A DNA stretch of 64,000 bases from Trichomonas gallinae (lineage: Eukaryota), in the NCBI GenBank assembly GCA_008369845.1, contig MRSU01005936.1:1-64000 (forward strand). Reading direction: 5' to 3'. Under the pieces are notes generated by a model, which saw only the letters and a list, made by a program, of their open reading frames with translations, ran no database searches and was not told the origin of the DNA. Positions 33,185 to 44,648 of the stretch are shown in pieces. The translations under genes and the position numbers were made by a program. Each line of letters opens with the position of its first letter. Within the stretch, counting starts at the first letter, position 1.

Positions 33185-33760
33185 TAGAAAAATTGACAAA
33201 TTTGATTTTATTATGATAGTAAAATTGTTTGTACTTGTTATAAGCAATGCCTTATTTTACAATTCTCCATTCAAAAAAACTTAATTTGGCATATTCGTTG
33301 TTTATATATTTAAATCATTTTATTATTAGTAAAATTTTTTCAACAAAAATTTTTCTGAGAATTGAAATTTACAAAATTGGAAAATTATATAAGTTATATA
33401 ACACTTCATTATTTTAAAACAAAAGATTTTCTAAGAAAATTATGATATGATATATACTACTATTTTTAATAACAAATAACGATAAAAATTTTCACAAAAA
33501 TTGAGTGAAAAAGTTTTCAATCTTCACAAAAAAAATCATAATATATTTATAAATATATGACAAAATATTCTTGAATAACAATTTTTAGATTTTTCATAGA
33601 GTTGATCATGCTTATTATATATCATATGAGGATCAATAATATCAAGCTTGCAGAAATTATGTAAACTATTCAAAATAGGATGATTAAATTATCGATGTTT
33701 TTGATAAATAATGATTATATTAATAAATATAAAATATTTTTAATAATAAACTGTTTTTTC

Positions 33761-34279
33761 ATGTTTTTTATTTCTTTATTCAGCTTAATTTCTCCTGCGT
33801 CTAAACTAGTTTATCTTACAGAAACCATGACAAGTCAGATCGCAAATACAATAGTAAACCTTGGACTATTGATTTTCCTAAATTAGAAGAAGTTCTTCTT
33901 GCAAAACTACCAGTTGGACAGTAAATAAGACTTGTTTTACCGGATTACAACAGTAATTACTAAGAATACGAAGTTGAACCAGATCCATTGTTCGCCAAAG
34001 CAAAATTAGTTAAATATCCTGGCCGGTTTTTGTATTTCATGGTAACCATGTTGATGATAAGAACGAATTAATCAATATTGTCTACGCTTTTAATTAAAGG
34101 CATGTTGGCCTGAACATTATCAAACAATCGAAATGGACAAAAATATAAACGGTATTGTTGTTCTTGATACAGACAAAAACCTTAACATCTTCTCACACTC
34201 TTTGAAGGATGAGATCCCACAAGAAATTACCGAAGAAGATATTGTCTTATATACATATATTTTGAATTTTCAAAATTAA
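33761..34279 (+). pseudogene. Decayed gene with signal-peptide-like start, family unidentified
   Basis: MFFISLFSLISPASK followed by protein-like segments in shifting frames (KPWTIDFPKLEEVLLAKLPVGQ*IRLVLPDY; NINGIVVLDTDKNLNIFSH) with internal stops. Confidence 0.4.
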
Positions 34280-34396
34280 ATTTTGTTATTTTGGAGAAAA
34301 TTGTTTTGTTTTTAAAATGCGTAATGTATAATAGGATTACATCTAAAATATAAAAGAAATTCAAACGCAGACGTTAAAAAAAATCTCAAAAAAAGA

Positions 34397-36265
34397 ATGA
34401 CTTCGATTTTCTATCAGCATTTAGACAAAGCAGAAGGTCAGAAGTTGTTTTCAGAGAGTGGGTACCCGGAAAATGTTGTTCCTGAGCTTGAAAGATCATT
34501 GAGCTCTCTAAATCTCAAATCAAAAACTAAAATAACAATAAACTGTTCGATAGATGATATATTTTATGCGTTAAAATACATACCAAAAGAATTGTCGACC
34601 GAAGTAACATCGAAATGCATGAATTTTGATCCAAAATCTTCATCAAAAAATGTTGCAAGAATTTTTAATGTTAAAACAGCCTTTTTCTTAGTTACATCCA
34701 AAGGAAATATAACAGAGCAGCACTATAGAAACATTGTTTCACGATTAACATCAGCATTCAATTCATTAAATATTCATCTTCCGTTCTTCATTCAGATTGG
34801 AGCACGAGATCAGCACAAATACATTGGAAAATACATAGAAAATTCAAATATTTATTCATATAACAGTCATTCGATTAATAAAGAATATAATATTGCATCT
34901 TTATCGAGCATTAACTATGTATTACAAACAGAATTCCCAGGTAATACATCAAAAACAACTGCATTAGAGAATACAGAAATTAGCGCAAGATTTGTTTATA
35001 ATTCAATTACTAAAGGAAAAGACTTAACAGCAATATTTTCATATCCAAAGTTACCACTTTCTGATGTCAAAGACTTTAATGTTTCACTCGCCAGCAAAGT
35101 TTACGCGCAAATAAATTTCACACCTCCAGAAGCACAAGAATCTATGCTTAAGAAAGCAATTAAATATGCTTCAAACCAAGCCACACATTGGCCATCATCA
35201 CCTACCAAATCAACAAGCGCGAAGAATCTTTTTTCAAAATGCATTCCTATACAATGCGAAAGAAAACTCAAAGGCGCGCTTCCTGGCGGAATTCTTGAGC
35301 AGATTGCACTAACAATGTACAACGATAATTTCACTGTAATGTGGAGGTCGTTTATCGCATTCCTCAACGAAGCTGTCGCAGATAGAAGACCAATAGAAGT
35401 CTCCAAGAGTGACAAAAATGATTCATTGATGCAGCAGAAATTAAACATGCTAAATTCCGCTCTCGCCACACAATCTACTGGCAAGAGCTGCTACGTTTGC
35501 CGTGTCTGCGACGATGACTATGAAAAACTCAAACTAGAGACGAGAAAACTCGCTGCTGTTCTTCCAACTACAACATATGAACGCCTCGAGGAAATCGGCA
35601 AGCAAATTATTGATTTTCGCGGTATAAATGAATTCGCGACATATGATAGATTCATTACAACAGTTGAAAACGGTGACAATAAAGCGATTTCTGCTATGTG
35701 GGACGCGATTCCACCTCATCTAACTGATACAGCTGATGGAATAAGAGAAGCTATGAACTGGTTCTCGACTTTGACACCGGCTGAAGTTCACGCGGAAATG
35801 ATTTTGATATTAATTGCATGTGAAGTGAGAAAGATATCTAATGGCGCTGAAACACGTGGCGCATTCGCGCAGCAGGCTTTGGCTAGAACAGTTTCAAAAG
35901 CCATTGCTTTGGAGCAGCTTGCCAGGCTTCAGGCTCCTCTCGACTTCTTGAAGGCGGCTGATGATATTGCGAATATAATTGTAAGCGGAACAATAGGAAT
36001 AGAGATGCTCAGGAATGTCACGACACTGTTCCCAGGTGCGAATGATTTCATTGATGCTCTAGTGAGAAATGGATTCGCCATGGCAAACAATGATGCAAGG
36101 GAAAGATTGAGTGAAGTCGTCAACGGAAAAAGCGGAATTAAGTTTGTCAAATCAATTGAAGTCACTGTTACAGGAAAATGCGATGACGAGCAGCACAGAG
36201 TATTTATTGCTGCTGAAAACAGAAAAACAGTTGTTGGAGTTACAACTGTCAAAAAATTTATGTAA
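34397..36265 (+). CDS. Rab3GAP catalytic subunit (RAB3GAP1)-like protein
   Basis: MWRSFIAFL, SLMQQKLNMLN (cf. CLLHQKLQMLN), FRGINEFATYDRFI (cf. FKAANPG..EDFV), AMWDAIP. Confidence 0.6.
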   Translation: MTSIFYQHLDKAEGQKLFSESGYPENVVPELERSLSSLNLKSKTKITINCSIDDIFYALKYIPKELSTEVTSKCMNFDPKSSSKNVARIFNVKTAFFLVTSKGNITEQHYRNIVSRLTSAFNSLNIHLPFFIQIGARDQHKYIGKYIENSNIYSYNSHSINKEYNIASLSSINYVLQTEFPGNTSKTTALENTEISARFVYNSITKGKDLTAIFSYPKLPLSDVKDFNVSLASKVYAQINFTPPEAQESMLKKAIKYASNQATHWPSSPTKSTSAKNLFSKCIPIQCERKLKGALPGGILEQIALTMYNDNFTVMWRSFIAFLNEAVADRRPIEVSKSDKNDSLMQQKLNMLNSALATQSTGKSCYVCRVCDDDYEKLKLETRKLAAVLPTTTYERLEEIGKQIIDFRGINEFATYDRFITTVENGDNKAISAMWDAIPPHLTDTADGIREAMNWFSTLTPAEVHAEMILILIACEVRKISNGAETRGAFAQQALARTVSKAIALEQLARLQAPLDFLKAADDIANIIVSGTIGIEMLRNVTTLFPGANDFIDALVRNGFAMANNDARERLSEVVNGKSGIKFVKSIEVTVTGKCDDEQHRVFIAAENRKTVVGVTTVKKFM

Positions 36266-36492
36266 TTTAATTTGTAAAATTTGTAAGTTTTGTGATTGCA
36301 TCTTTTTTATTTTTTAATCATATTGTTCACTAAAATAGTTTATGCTCAGATTCATAATTGTGATTTATTTATAGAATAAAAATTAAAGTATGTGCATCTA
36401 TTCATTAAGTTTTAAATTCAATTCATAATAAGTCGCATTTGAATAATTACAACGTTGTTTGGTTCTGAAAAAAATAAGATTGTGAATAAAAA

Positions 36493-38311
36493 ATGCGACT
36501 TTCTATGAGAAACGAGTCTCGTTGCACCTGGTGTATATCTATACGAATACAATTGCAGCGATCCGAGCACATGCCAGCCTTACAGTCTTAATATTCACCC
36601 CGGAAGGTACAAAATTGAGGCATGGGGTGCTCAAGGCGGCAATGTGACATACAACTCATCATTTTCCGAAGGTGGACGTGGTGGATATGTAACAGGTATT
36701 CTTGAAAACGAAAAAGATTCGATTTTGTACATTTTTCCAGGTGAGGGTGGAATTGCTGGTAAAATTGGTAGCTGTTTGCGTATTACATATGGAGGTGGTG
36801 GTAAAGGGTGTTCATGGTCAATATTTGAATGGATCACAGGGTCAGGAGGCGGAATGAGTTTTGTTTCCGTTGATCATCCTTTGAATGAAAGCGGAATAAT
36901 TTTTGCCGGTGCAGGTGCTGGATCAGCTTTGTATTTAACAACAATAAATCCTGGGGGATTTGGTGGGGGTGATAAAGGAGGAGATGGAAAGATATCACCC
37001 TACGATAACAAAACTTTAGGTGGAACTGGAGGGACTCAGAAATCCGGTGGAATAAATCCAACGAATTCTATTGATAATGGAGGAAAATTCTATGGAGGAA
37101 GTCCTCATGATCGTTCTTATTATGGTAGTGGGGGTGGAGGAGGCTATTATGGAGGTGCTTCTGGGTATGATTATGGTGCAACTGGTGGGGGAGGAAGTTC
37201 GTTCTTCTCTCCTTCACTATTGAATGCATCAACAATACCAGGAAATACTTTAATGCCTTCGAGATTCTCACTCAACGAGAAAACCACGGGAAACCAAGGA
37301 CATGGTGCTGTGAGAATAACAATGATGGGATATAGTCTGCAACTCCGTGATAATCTCGACTCCCACTACGAAACTAACTCAACAATCTCTATCCACATCA
37401 AACTCCTGTCACTTGGTGCAGGCGAATTTGCAACAGTTCGTCGATCATTCAACGGCACAACACGCGAAATCATGACGAAAGTTGAAGACAATGGTAAAGA
37501 TATTGACTATAACGACATCATCTATGTCGACTGCAAAGGTGGCCATTACAAAATAAAGTATGAAACAATTACAAAAGATAGCATCACTCAAGAATTCACT
37601 TTCGATATCCTTGTCACCAAGACACCAGAAATCAAAGTATTCAGCGGAATGAAGAAATATTACGTTTCGAAAGATCAAGTTTTGCTTGATGTTGGAATTA
37701 TTGATGATTCAAATGTTAATTTATATATTAAAGAAGGATCAAATACTTTATATAAGAGTCAAATAGAAAGCAATTATGAAATGAACAGAACTAAGATATT
37801 ATTTAGGTTACCAGAATATGAAGTTGATTCAATTCACGTTGTTGAGATGTTCGCAACTGATAGTTTTGGTATAAACTCAACAATATACAAATGCAACTTC
37901 ACAATTGTAACAAATAGGTCTCCTGATGTTGCAACCGACATGACCCTCCCTTACTACTACGAGACGAGAGATACAATCTATCTGAACGGGACAGTCAGAG
38001 ACACAGATGCAGATTCATGTGTCTGGATCGTTTCATCAATCGACGAGATGCCTTCGACTCCACACTACTGCATAAAGCTCACAAATTCAAACTTCCACGA
38101 TTTCAACATCAGCCGCAACCTTCATGGTCTTTCGCGCGGAATCCACACGCTTAATGTCTTCGCAGTTGACAGTTTAGATTTTGAATCGAATCGCATCATC
38201 CACCAATTTGCTCTCTTCAATTCAATCTTATTCCAATGTGCTACACCTCATGCATGTCCTTTGAAAGATTACAGCATTTTGTTATTCTTGGTTAACCCAG
38301 TTATTTCATAG
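36493..38311 (+). CDS. Glycine-rich domain protein with beta-rich (Ig-like) C-half and hydrophobic C-terminus; 5' end disrupted
   Basis: The frame is open from 36509 (ETSLVAPGVYLYEYNCSDPSTCQPYSLNIHPGRYKIEAWGAQGG) through GGGGGYYGG. ATGs at 36493 and 36505 are one base out of frame; first in-frame ATG is 36854. Confidence 0.7.
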
Positions 38312-38727
38312 ATTATTCATCACAACCTAATCCCTATATATCAGTATGTTATTCCACCACATTTATGATATTCATTTCATGGATATCTTTTTTCTTAGAT
38401 TTGTTTGTCTATAGATTAGTAAAAATATAGATTAATTTTGAAATTAAAATTTAAAAGCTTAATATAGAACGAATGAACATATTATAACTTTATGATAGAA
38501 TCTTTCATATTTTCATAATCAATTTTTAAATAAAATTCCCAAATTTGTATAATATTTTAGAAGATATAATTTTGTCGAGTATTTATATTGAATTCACATA
38601 TTAATTATTATATACCAGCATTACTTGGTTTGATTAAGCAAATATAGAAAATAAATTTTTTATATTACAGATTTGGAATTATTATTTTTTCATATCTATT
38701 GATAAACAAGGTTATATCGCGCAAATT

Positions 38728-39366
38728 TCACTGAGATTTCTTTTGTTCGAAATAAGAATCAGGAATATGAATATCTTGAGGCTGAAGAAGATTGTATTCC
38801 CTAGCAAACTTCGTAAATCTCTCGCATAAATGTGTTTTTTCCTCAAGTTCATCGAAAACTTCACGGTGACAAATATACGAATAACTAAAAACTCTGTAAA
38901 GACGCCTCATATAAGTCATAATGAGGTTCAGTCCCTCAGCCGTAATAATTCCAGAGGGGAACTTTGATTGATCTAAAATAGCTTGCGTCGCCATATCGAC
39001 TGTTTGCGTGATATAATCTATTGCAGGCACTGGCACTGGTGGATTTTTAGCTGCTGAACGACACTCAACGAAATTCCCGTTGATTGTGAACTGCATTTTC
39101 GGCATTGTTTCCGCTGTACTGACAAATCTGTGTTCGTATGCAAAATAATTTATTTCTTGGAGAAGCTGACGGAAGCAGGCGTATATCCAACTGTTTTTAT
39201 CGACGTTTTCCGGGCATTTTACGTGTTTATCAACATCGTTAGGGAATTTTTTGATGACTGCTTGAATATAATATTGGATTGTTCTGTACTCGTTCGGATT
39301 CTCTTCAAACGGAACATCATTGAATTCCGCTTTTGTTATTCCAGATATATTCCGAAAGCTCTTCAT
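38728..39366 (-). CDS. Mob1/phocein family protein (MOB4-like)
   Basis: YIQ...CPENVDKNSWIY, PAIDY, RRLYRVFSYSYICHREVF..LEEKTHLCERF; AAAGTGAC at 39369-39376. Confidence 0.9.
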   Translation of the reverse strand: MKSFRNISGITKAEFNDVPFEENPNEYRTIQYYIQAVIKKFPNDVDKHVKCPENVDKNSWIYACFRQLLQEINYFAYEHRFVSTAETMPKMQFTINGNFVECRSAAKNPPVPVPAIDYITQTVDMATQAILDQSKFPSGIITAEGLNLIMTYMRRLYRVFSYSYICHREVFDELEEKTHLCERFTKFAREYNLLQPQDIHIPDSYFEQKKSQ

Positions 39367-39787
39367 TTGTCACTTTTATATTAACATCTTTTTCTTCTTC
39401 TCGACAACAGAGCAAATTATCACCAAAATCAGTCATTATTTGGAATATACTATTCTCCAGCAGCTTAATTCCTGATTTTCAGCGAATTTCTTGCGAATTA
39501 TTTGAATCACCATATTTTTTCTTATTTGCATGCAACAATGAAGCATATCACTGCTTAACTCCACTTGGTACAAAAGTTACATGCATTTTTGCCACCTAGT
39601 TGATGTTTTTTGCTTTGGATAAATAATTTACATCATTCATAATGTAATCTCGTATCTAATCTGCAATTTTGGCCACTATATCACTAAAATTCGAAATATT
39701 TTCAATAGCAAAAGCAAATTTGAATTCAATTTTGAACTCATTGTCAATAAAACACCTGAAATCAAATCCTTCAGCATAATGAAGAAA
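39317..39787 (-). pseudogene. Possible decayed ORF overlapping the Mob 5' end
   Basis: A 157-codon frame has only four internal stops in very AT-rich DNA and reads protein-like (FLHYAEGFDFRCFIDNEF...). Confidence 0.3.
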
Positions 39788-39996
39788 TTTTGCGTTTTAA
39801 ATGATTATGCTATGAATAATTAGAGTTAGAATTTGACTTTTCAATATCATATCAAAAAAAATTGAATATTTCTCGATGAGATTAGTAAATAGTGCTATAT
39901 ATTCAATAAAAATAGACTTTCCTATATCATTAAAATAATTATAGGAGTAAAATTGATATGAACAGTAAATCGAGATATATTTTCAAATAAAAATAT

Positions 39997-42201
39997 TTAA
40001 TTACAAACACGAATAGGTGGATTTGGTAACTCTTGAAGAGTTTTCGACAAATTGAGTGGAATGGGTCTCACTCTCTCTAGAAGTTTTGTGAAATTATACT
40101 TTCCGATGACGGAGACGTCTTTTACAAACTGCGTCCACATGTCTTCGTCGCTGTCGAAGAAGGGAGCATCAGGCGCCTGCGAGAGTGAGAGCAAGTTCTT
40201 GATGAGGTCCTTGTTGATGTGCTGGTGTAGGACCCAAAGCTCAGCGAAAAGAGGAGGGAATGTGTAGTCTTTGAATATGTTAGGGTCGAAGCCAGGGAAG
40301 AATTCATTAAAAATGATGCAAGCAACTAAATTAGAAATAGCGTTTTCAACGAGTGAGTCGAAATAGGCCTCTCTGATAGACAGTAAAGCAACACGCGCAA
40401 TCAATTCGAACATCGCAACTGTCGGCTTGTTGTAGTTGGTAATAATATCGTCGAGGTCTTTGATGTCGAGGACAATCGGATATTCTGACTCCGCTTTATT
40501 GCCCGGTAGCTGCAGATCGAAGACGACTCTGTATGGTCTGTTCATTGACGCATTCATGAACTCTATGACGTGAGAAACAATTTCGTCAACGTGAGTGAGA
40601 ACTGCGTCAATGTCGCCGACTTTGCGAATTTCTTCTGTAGGCATAGTAAAGATGACTGTCTTCGAGCACATTTCGCCCCACGGGACCTCGAAATTCTGGC
40701 TCTGCTCCCAGACTTCTGGCTTCCCGATGACCGCACGAGGATGGCGCGCGAAGCCGTTGAACTTTAGCTTAACGCGCGTCTCGTCGTTTTCAGAAAGCTC
40801 GCGAACAGTTATGTAAACAATTCCGCCGAAAGGTGAAGCGATCTGTGTAGTGCCAGATGGATCGATGTCGAACATCTGGTATACGACAGGCCACCTCTTC
40901 CACGGGCCCTGCATAGACAAGAGAGACTCTGTGTGTGAGCCGACTTGTATGCTGAATAATTTGTCCAAGTTTTCTCCTGTTATAACTTCGCCGACTGTTC
41001 CTGCTGGCAGCCACAAACCTGTGGAAATCCAGCTTTCCTCGTGGAGGCGGACTTCGAGCTCGTGGTTGCCGACAGCTGACATTGGACAAAGGCCTGGAAA
41101 ATCTTCAGCATCTGGAGAAGCTTTGATATATTTAGCCGGGAGTTTTGAAATCAAGTCTGGAATGAAAGTGGACATGATACAATGACTTATTAGTGGACAT
41201 AAGCCTTGTTCTGTTCTATATCCTGTGTTTACAAGATGGTTATATGCATCTTGAAGAATCTCATTTAATATTTCATATTGTTCTGGTCCGCACATGATTA
41301 CATGGTATCTTAAGGCTGTAACAAGATCATCCAGCTGTGCAGTATCTAAATCTGTCTGTGATGCTAAATATTTAAAATCTTCTGCCATCGGAATAAGATG
41401 ACAGTAGTTAACCATTTCGAAGCATGATGTTATAGATATCACATTTCTACTCGTGGAATGAGGATTTAATATGCATAACGAATAAGCTAATCCATATTCC
41501 ATTAAAAATGAATTCATTTCTGTTTCTCTCTCTGTTTCATCGAGTGGTGGTGCGTATAAGCAAAGTAAACCGCCACCATTTGCTACGTAATCTTTTAATT
41601 TTTGATAATAATTGTTAACTGATAGATCTGTGTCTGATGCGATGATTACAAGCGAATAGTGAGAGAAATCTGAATCCATTGTGCCTACATGCGCTGAAAT
41701 TCCTTGCGTCTGAAAGCATGAATGAATTGATTCCTTAAAAGTTGCGCCTTTTCCAATGAGTAATATTTTGCAGTTTAATATATTTTTCCTTGCTAACCAC
41801 GATAACATGTTGTAAAACAAAATCGAATTGTCTTCTGCTAAGAATATTGTATCGACTAAGAAATATATGTGAGAAATGCACCCAACCCTTCCTTTTTCAG
41901 AGGCAGATGCAGCTACAATCGGTAATTGAATTTCGACGACTTCTTCATCTGATAGCGATAATTCTGATAAAACTATAGGGAAACTTTCCTCTGTTAAGCA
42001 TACAACAGGTGCCATACCTGGTGGACACTTCATTGTATTGACTTCAGCTGTGATTTGATTGAAATAATCTTTACACGGATCACTTTTTTCTAGTTTAGGC
42101 GTTTTTCTTTCGCTGTCTCCAGCTTTCTGTTGCTTCGATGTGTCTTTTTTCGTGTTGTTATACGGTTGTACTTTCGCCGGTGTCGAAATAATACAACCCA
42201 T
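39997..42201 (-). CDS. M60-like/TCAF (FAM115)-family protein lacking HEXXH, with MGC N-terminus
   Basis: YVANGGGLL, WISTGLWLPAG, IQVGSHTESL, WKRWP, SPFGGIVYI, VPWGE; first ATG 42201 gives MGCIIS. Confidence 0.85.
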   Translation of the reverse strand: MGCIISTPAKVQPYNNTKKDTSKQQKAGDSERKTPKLEKSDPCKDYFNQITAEVNTMKCPPGMAPVVCLTEESFPIVLSELSLSDEEVVEIQLPIVAASASEKGRVGCISHIYFLVDTIFLAEDNSILFYNMLSWLARKNILNCKILLIGKGATFKESIHSCFQTQGISAHVGTMDSDFSHYSLVIIASDTDLSVNNYYQKLKDYVANGGGLLCLYAPPLDETERETEMNSFLMEYGLAYSLCILNPHSTSRNVISITSCFEMVNYCHLIPMAEDFKYLASQTDLDTAQLDDLVTALRYHVIMCGPEQYEILNEILQDAYNHLVNTGYRTEQGLCPLISHCIMSTFIPDLISKLPAKYIKASPDAEDFPGLCPMSAVGNHELEVRLHEESWISTGLWLPAGTVGEVITGENLDKLFSIQVGSHTESLLSMQGPWKRWPVVYQMFDIDPSGTTQIASPFGGIVYITVRELSENDETRVKLKFNGFARHPRAVIGKPEVWEQSQNFEVPWGEMCSKTVIFTMPTEEIRKVGDIDAVLTHVDEIVSHVIEFMNASMNRPYRVVFDLQLPGNKAESEYPIVLDIKDLDDIITNYNKPTVAMFELIARVALLSIREAYFDSLVENAISNLVACIIFNEFFPGFDPNIFKDYTFPPLFAELWVLHQHINKDLIKNLLSLSQAPDAPFFDSDEDMWTQFVKDVSVIGKYNFTKLLERVRPIPLNLSKTLQELPNPPIRVCN

Positions 42202-42718
42202 ATAAAAAAACACTAAAAAAAATCACGTTATTTTTCACTTTTCGCTGAATATTTTTATAATTTTATTTTCGAGCCTTATACATTGCACTAATCACATATT
42301 TTGCATTATTTTTGGAAAAAATGTTAAATACAATTTTCATTGGGGCTGTCATTTTATTGCAGGGGTTAAACCCATGAGAAAATCATCTTTAGTAAAATTT
42401 CTCACGTGATACTATAATAATGTGTTTATCATTAGGATAATAAAATTTACTCCAGAAATTAGTAGAATAATAAGGAAATAAAAGAAAATAATGTTAAATT
42501 AAAAGATATATTGAGATTAAAAATCGGCTTAATTAAATTCATTTTACATCATTGCAATCAAAATATTTTCACATCTTTTAAAGAATAGATGTTGTATTGC
42601 ATTTAAAATAAAATTCAAATTTAATTTGTTTTGATATTTCTTTTAAAGTCGATAAAAATTCTTATGATAAACATAAAATTGAAATAAAATTACAAACATT
42701 TATAAAATATACATAAAA

Positions 42719-44293
42719 TTACAAAACAACCGATGAATTATCAGTGATGAGATTGAATTTCATTGGTGAATCACGCAAAATAATTGATTGTCTTATAGGA
42801 GTGACGGCAGTTGTAACTCTTCTAGGTGTAAATATTCTTGGTGTCGATGGAACGCTTTTCTCTGAAGCTCGTGAATATCTTCCATCAAGAATATCTTCTA
42901 AACCACGGTCAAAGAAGAATTGAGAAGCCACAATACTCGAAAACGTATCAATCTGAGTCTGATTCAAGTTAATGCAAAAGCTGTGAGGATTAGCAATGAT
43001 TTGATCAACCCATTCTTTCGGAATAGCGTTGCAGAGATACTTTTTCATGACAGGAATAGCTCCGCATATGCTTCCTATTGCGCTGCACGCTGCTTTCTGG
43101 GAAGAAAAGTTTTTAACATTAGCTAAATTCCTAACTAAAACTGGCAAAAACTTATGAATCATTGGGAGAAATGCTTTATAAGCCTCCTTATTGTTTGATG
43201 CGATTGCCTGTATGCATTTGAGTGCGAACGTCTGCTGCCTCATTTTTGCATCGAGAACATGCGGCGGAAGATCTTCTAGGTTCACGGAAATCAATTCGAG
43301 TAATGTGTCCAAGATATACTTTCTTCGTGTTGGATTCGCGTTTTCTATTAAAACATAGAAAATCGCCACAGCTTCTCTCTGTATTTCTATTGACTCACTC
43401 GATGGGAGGATCAAGAACTCTGATATGTGGTTCTTTATATCAGTCTCTGCAGCAATCTCCGGGCTGAAAAGCAAGCGAAAAACTCTCGCTGCTGTATATA
43501 ATGCGGTGATGTTCGATTGTATGAACAAGAACTTCGCGAGAATTGCGTTTGTGAAGTTCTCAGCGTACTGAAGATTACCTTCTGCAAGCTGGACGAGTAA
43601 AACAATCGCAAGGTTATTTATTTCTTGAGTTTTGAAATCTGGGAGTGCGTCGAGGAAAATGTGAATGAATTTTCCTTCACAGATGTATTGTATAGCATTT
43701 GGTCCGTGCTCTGATAAGGCAACAAGGGTGCGCACAACTTCGAGTATATCTTCGTCTGATAAATCCTTTTGGCGGCCGATATAATAAAGAAGAATTTCGA
43801 CACCTCCTTTTAAGAAGAAATGTTCAGCGTAGCAATATCCTGACGATGCTTTAAAGAAAACTTGTAAGCATTTCATTTGTAAAGCGACAGAACACAATGA
43901 TTGATAATTCCATCTGAGAAAAACGCAAATATGCATGAAAACGAGTTCACTGGAATGTCCGAATACATCATCTAGTTGTGCTTTTGAATATCCTGCGTAT
44001 TTAATCGTTATATCTTTGATCATCAAATATCTTTTAATGCCTGGATCATGATCCCAGTGGTCCAGCCACTGTCCGTAGACTTTCTTGTCCTCTTTGGCAG
44101 CTGTCATTACTCGCTGTGATAATTTAATTTGATTCCTTCTCACTGGAACAACTTTAGGACCGAGCGTTTCTCCCTGTTGGGCTTCGAAAAAAGCCTTCTG
44201 GCGAATAGATCTAGAAGAGTGGCTGCTGGGGAGTCCTGCAGGAGGCCTCGGAATAAGATTAAGACGAGGAACGTCCTGAGGATAGAAACTCAT
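42719..44293 (-). CDS. ARMH1: Armadillo-like helical domain-containing protein 1-like
   Basis: WLDHWD...R..I, GYSKAQLDDVFGHSSELVF...LRWNY, VFFKASSG.CYAEHFFLKGGVEILL and LAEGNLQY align by eye with animal ARMH1. Confidence 0.7.
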   Translation of the reverse strand: MSFYPQDVPRLNLIPRPPAGLPSSHSSRSIRQKAFFEAQQGETLGPKVVPVRRNQIKLSQRVMTAAKEDKKVYGQWLDHWDHDPGIKRYLMIKDITIKYAGYSKAQLDDVFGHSSELVFMHICVFLRWNYQSLCSVALQMKCLQVFFKASSGYCYAEHFFLKGGVEILLYYIGRQKDLSDEDILEVVRTLVALSEHGPNAIQYICEGKFIHIFLDALPDFKTQEINNLAIVLLVQLAEGNLQYAENFTNAILAKFLFIQSNITALYTAARVFRLLFSPEIAAETDIKNHISEFLILPSSESIEIQREAVAIFYVLIENANPTRRKYILDTLLELISVNLEDLPPHVLDAKMRQQTFALKCIQAIASNNKEAYKAFLPMIHKFLPVLVRNLANVKNFSSQKAACSAIGSICGAIPVMKKYLCNAIPKEWVDQIIANPHSFCINLNQTQIDTFSSIVASQFFFDRGLEDILDGRYSRASEKSVPSTPRIFTPRRVTTAVTPIRQSIILRDSPMKFNLITDNSSVVL

Positions 44294-44648
44294 AAAAAAT
44301 TTTGGTTACAAACGAATTTTTCAGATTTTGTAATTTTAATACCAATGTGTAGATAATTATATAGGTTTCGCTTTTTGATAAACAACTACAGCAAAATTCT
44401 CATTAATTTAAGAAAGAACTTAATTTTTTAGTTTATTTACTATTATGACATTAAATTCATCATCAACTCATCTAATGCAAGTATTTTACATAACATTACA
44501 CCATTATTTCTAATAAAATTCATTATTGGAAATTATTTTTCTATTTTTCATGTGGTGAAATCAATATATGAGAAATATGCCTCATAATTGAATCAAATAT
44601 AATTTAATAAACAAACAAGAAAAAAAAAAATTTCATTATGATAAAAAA

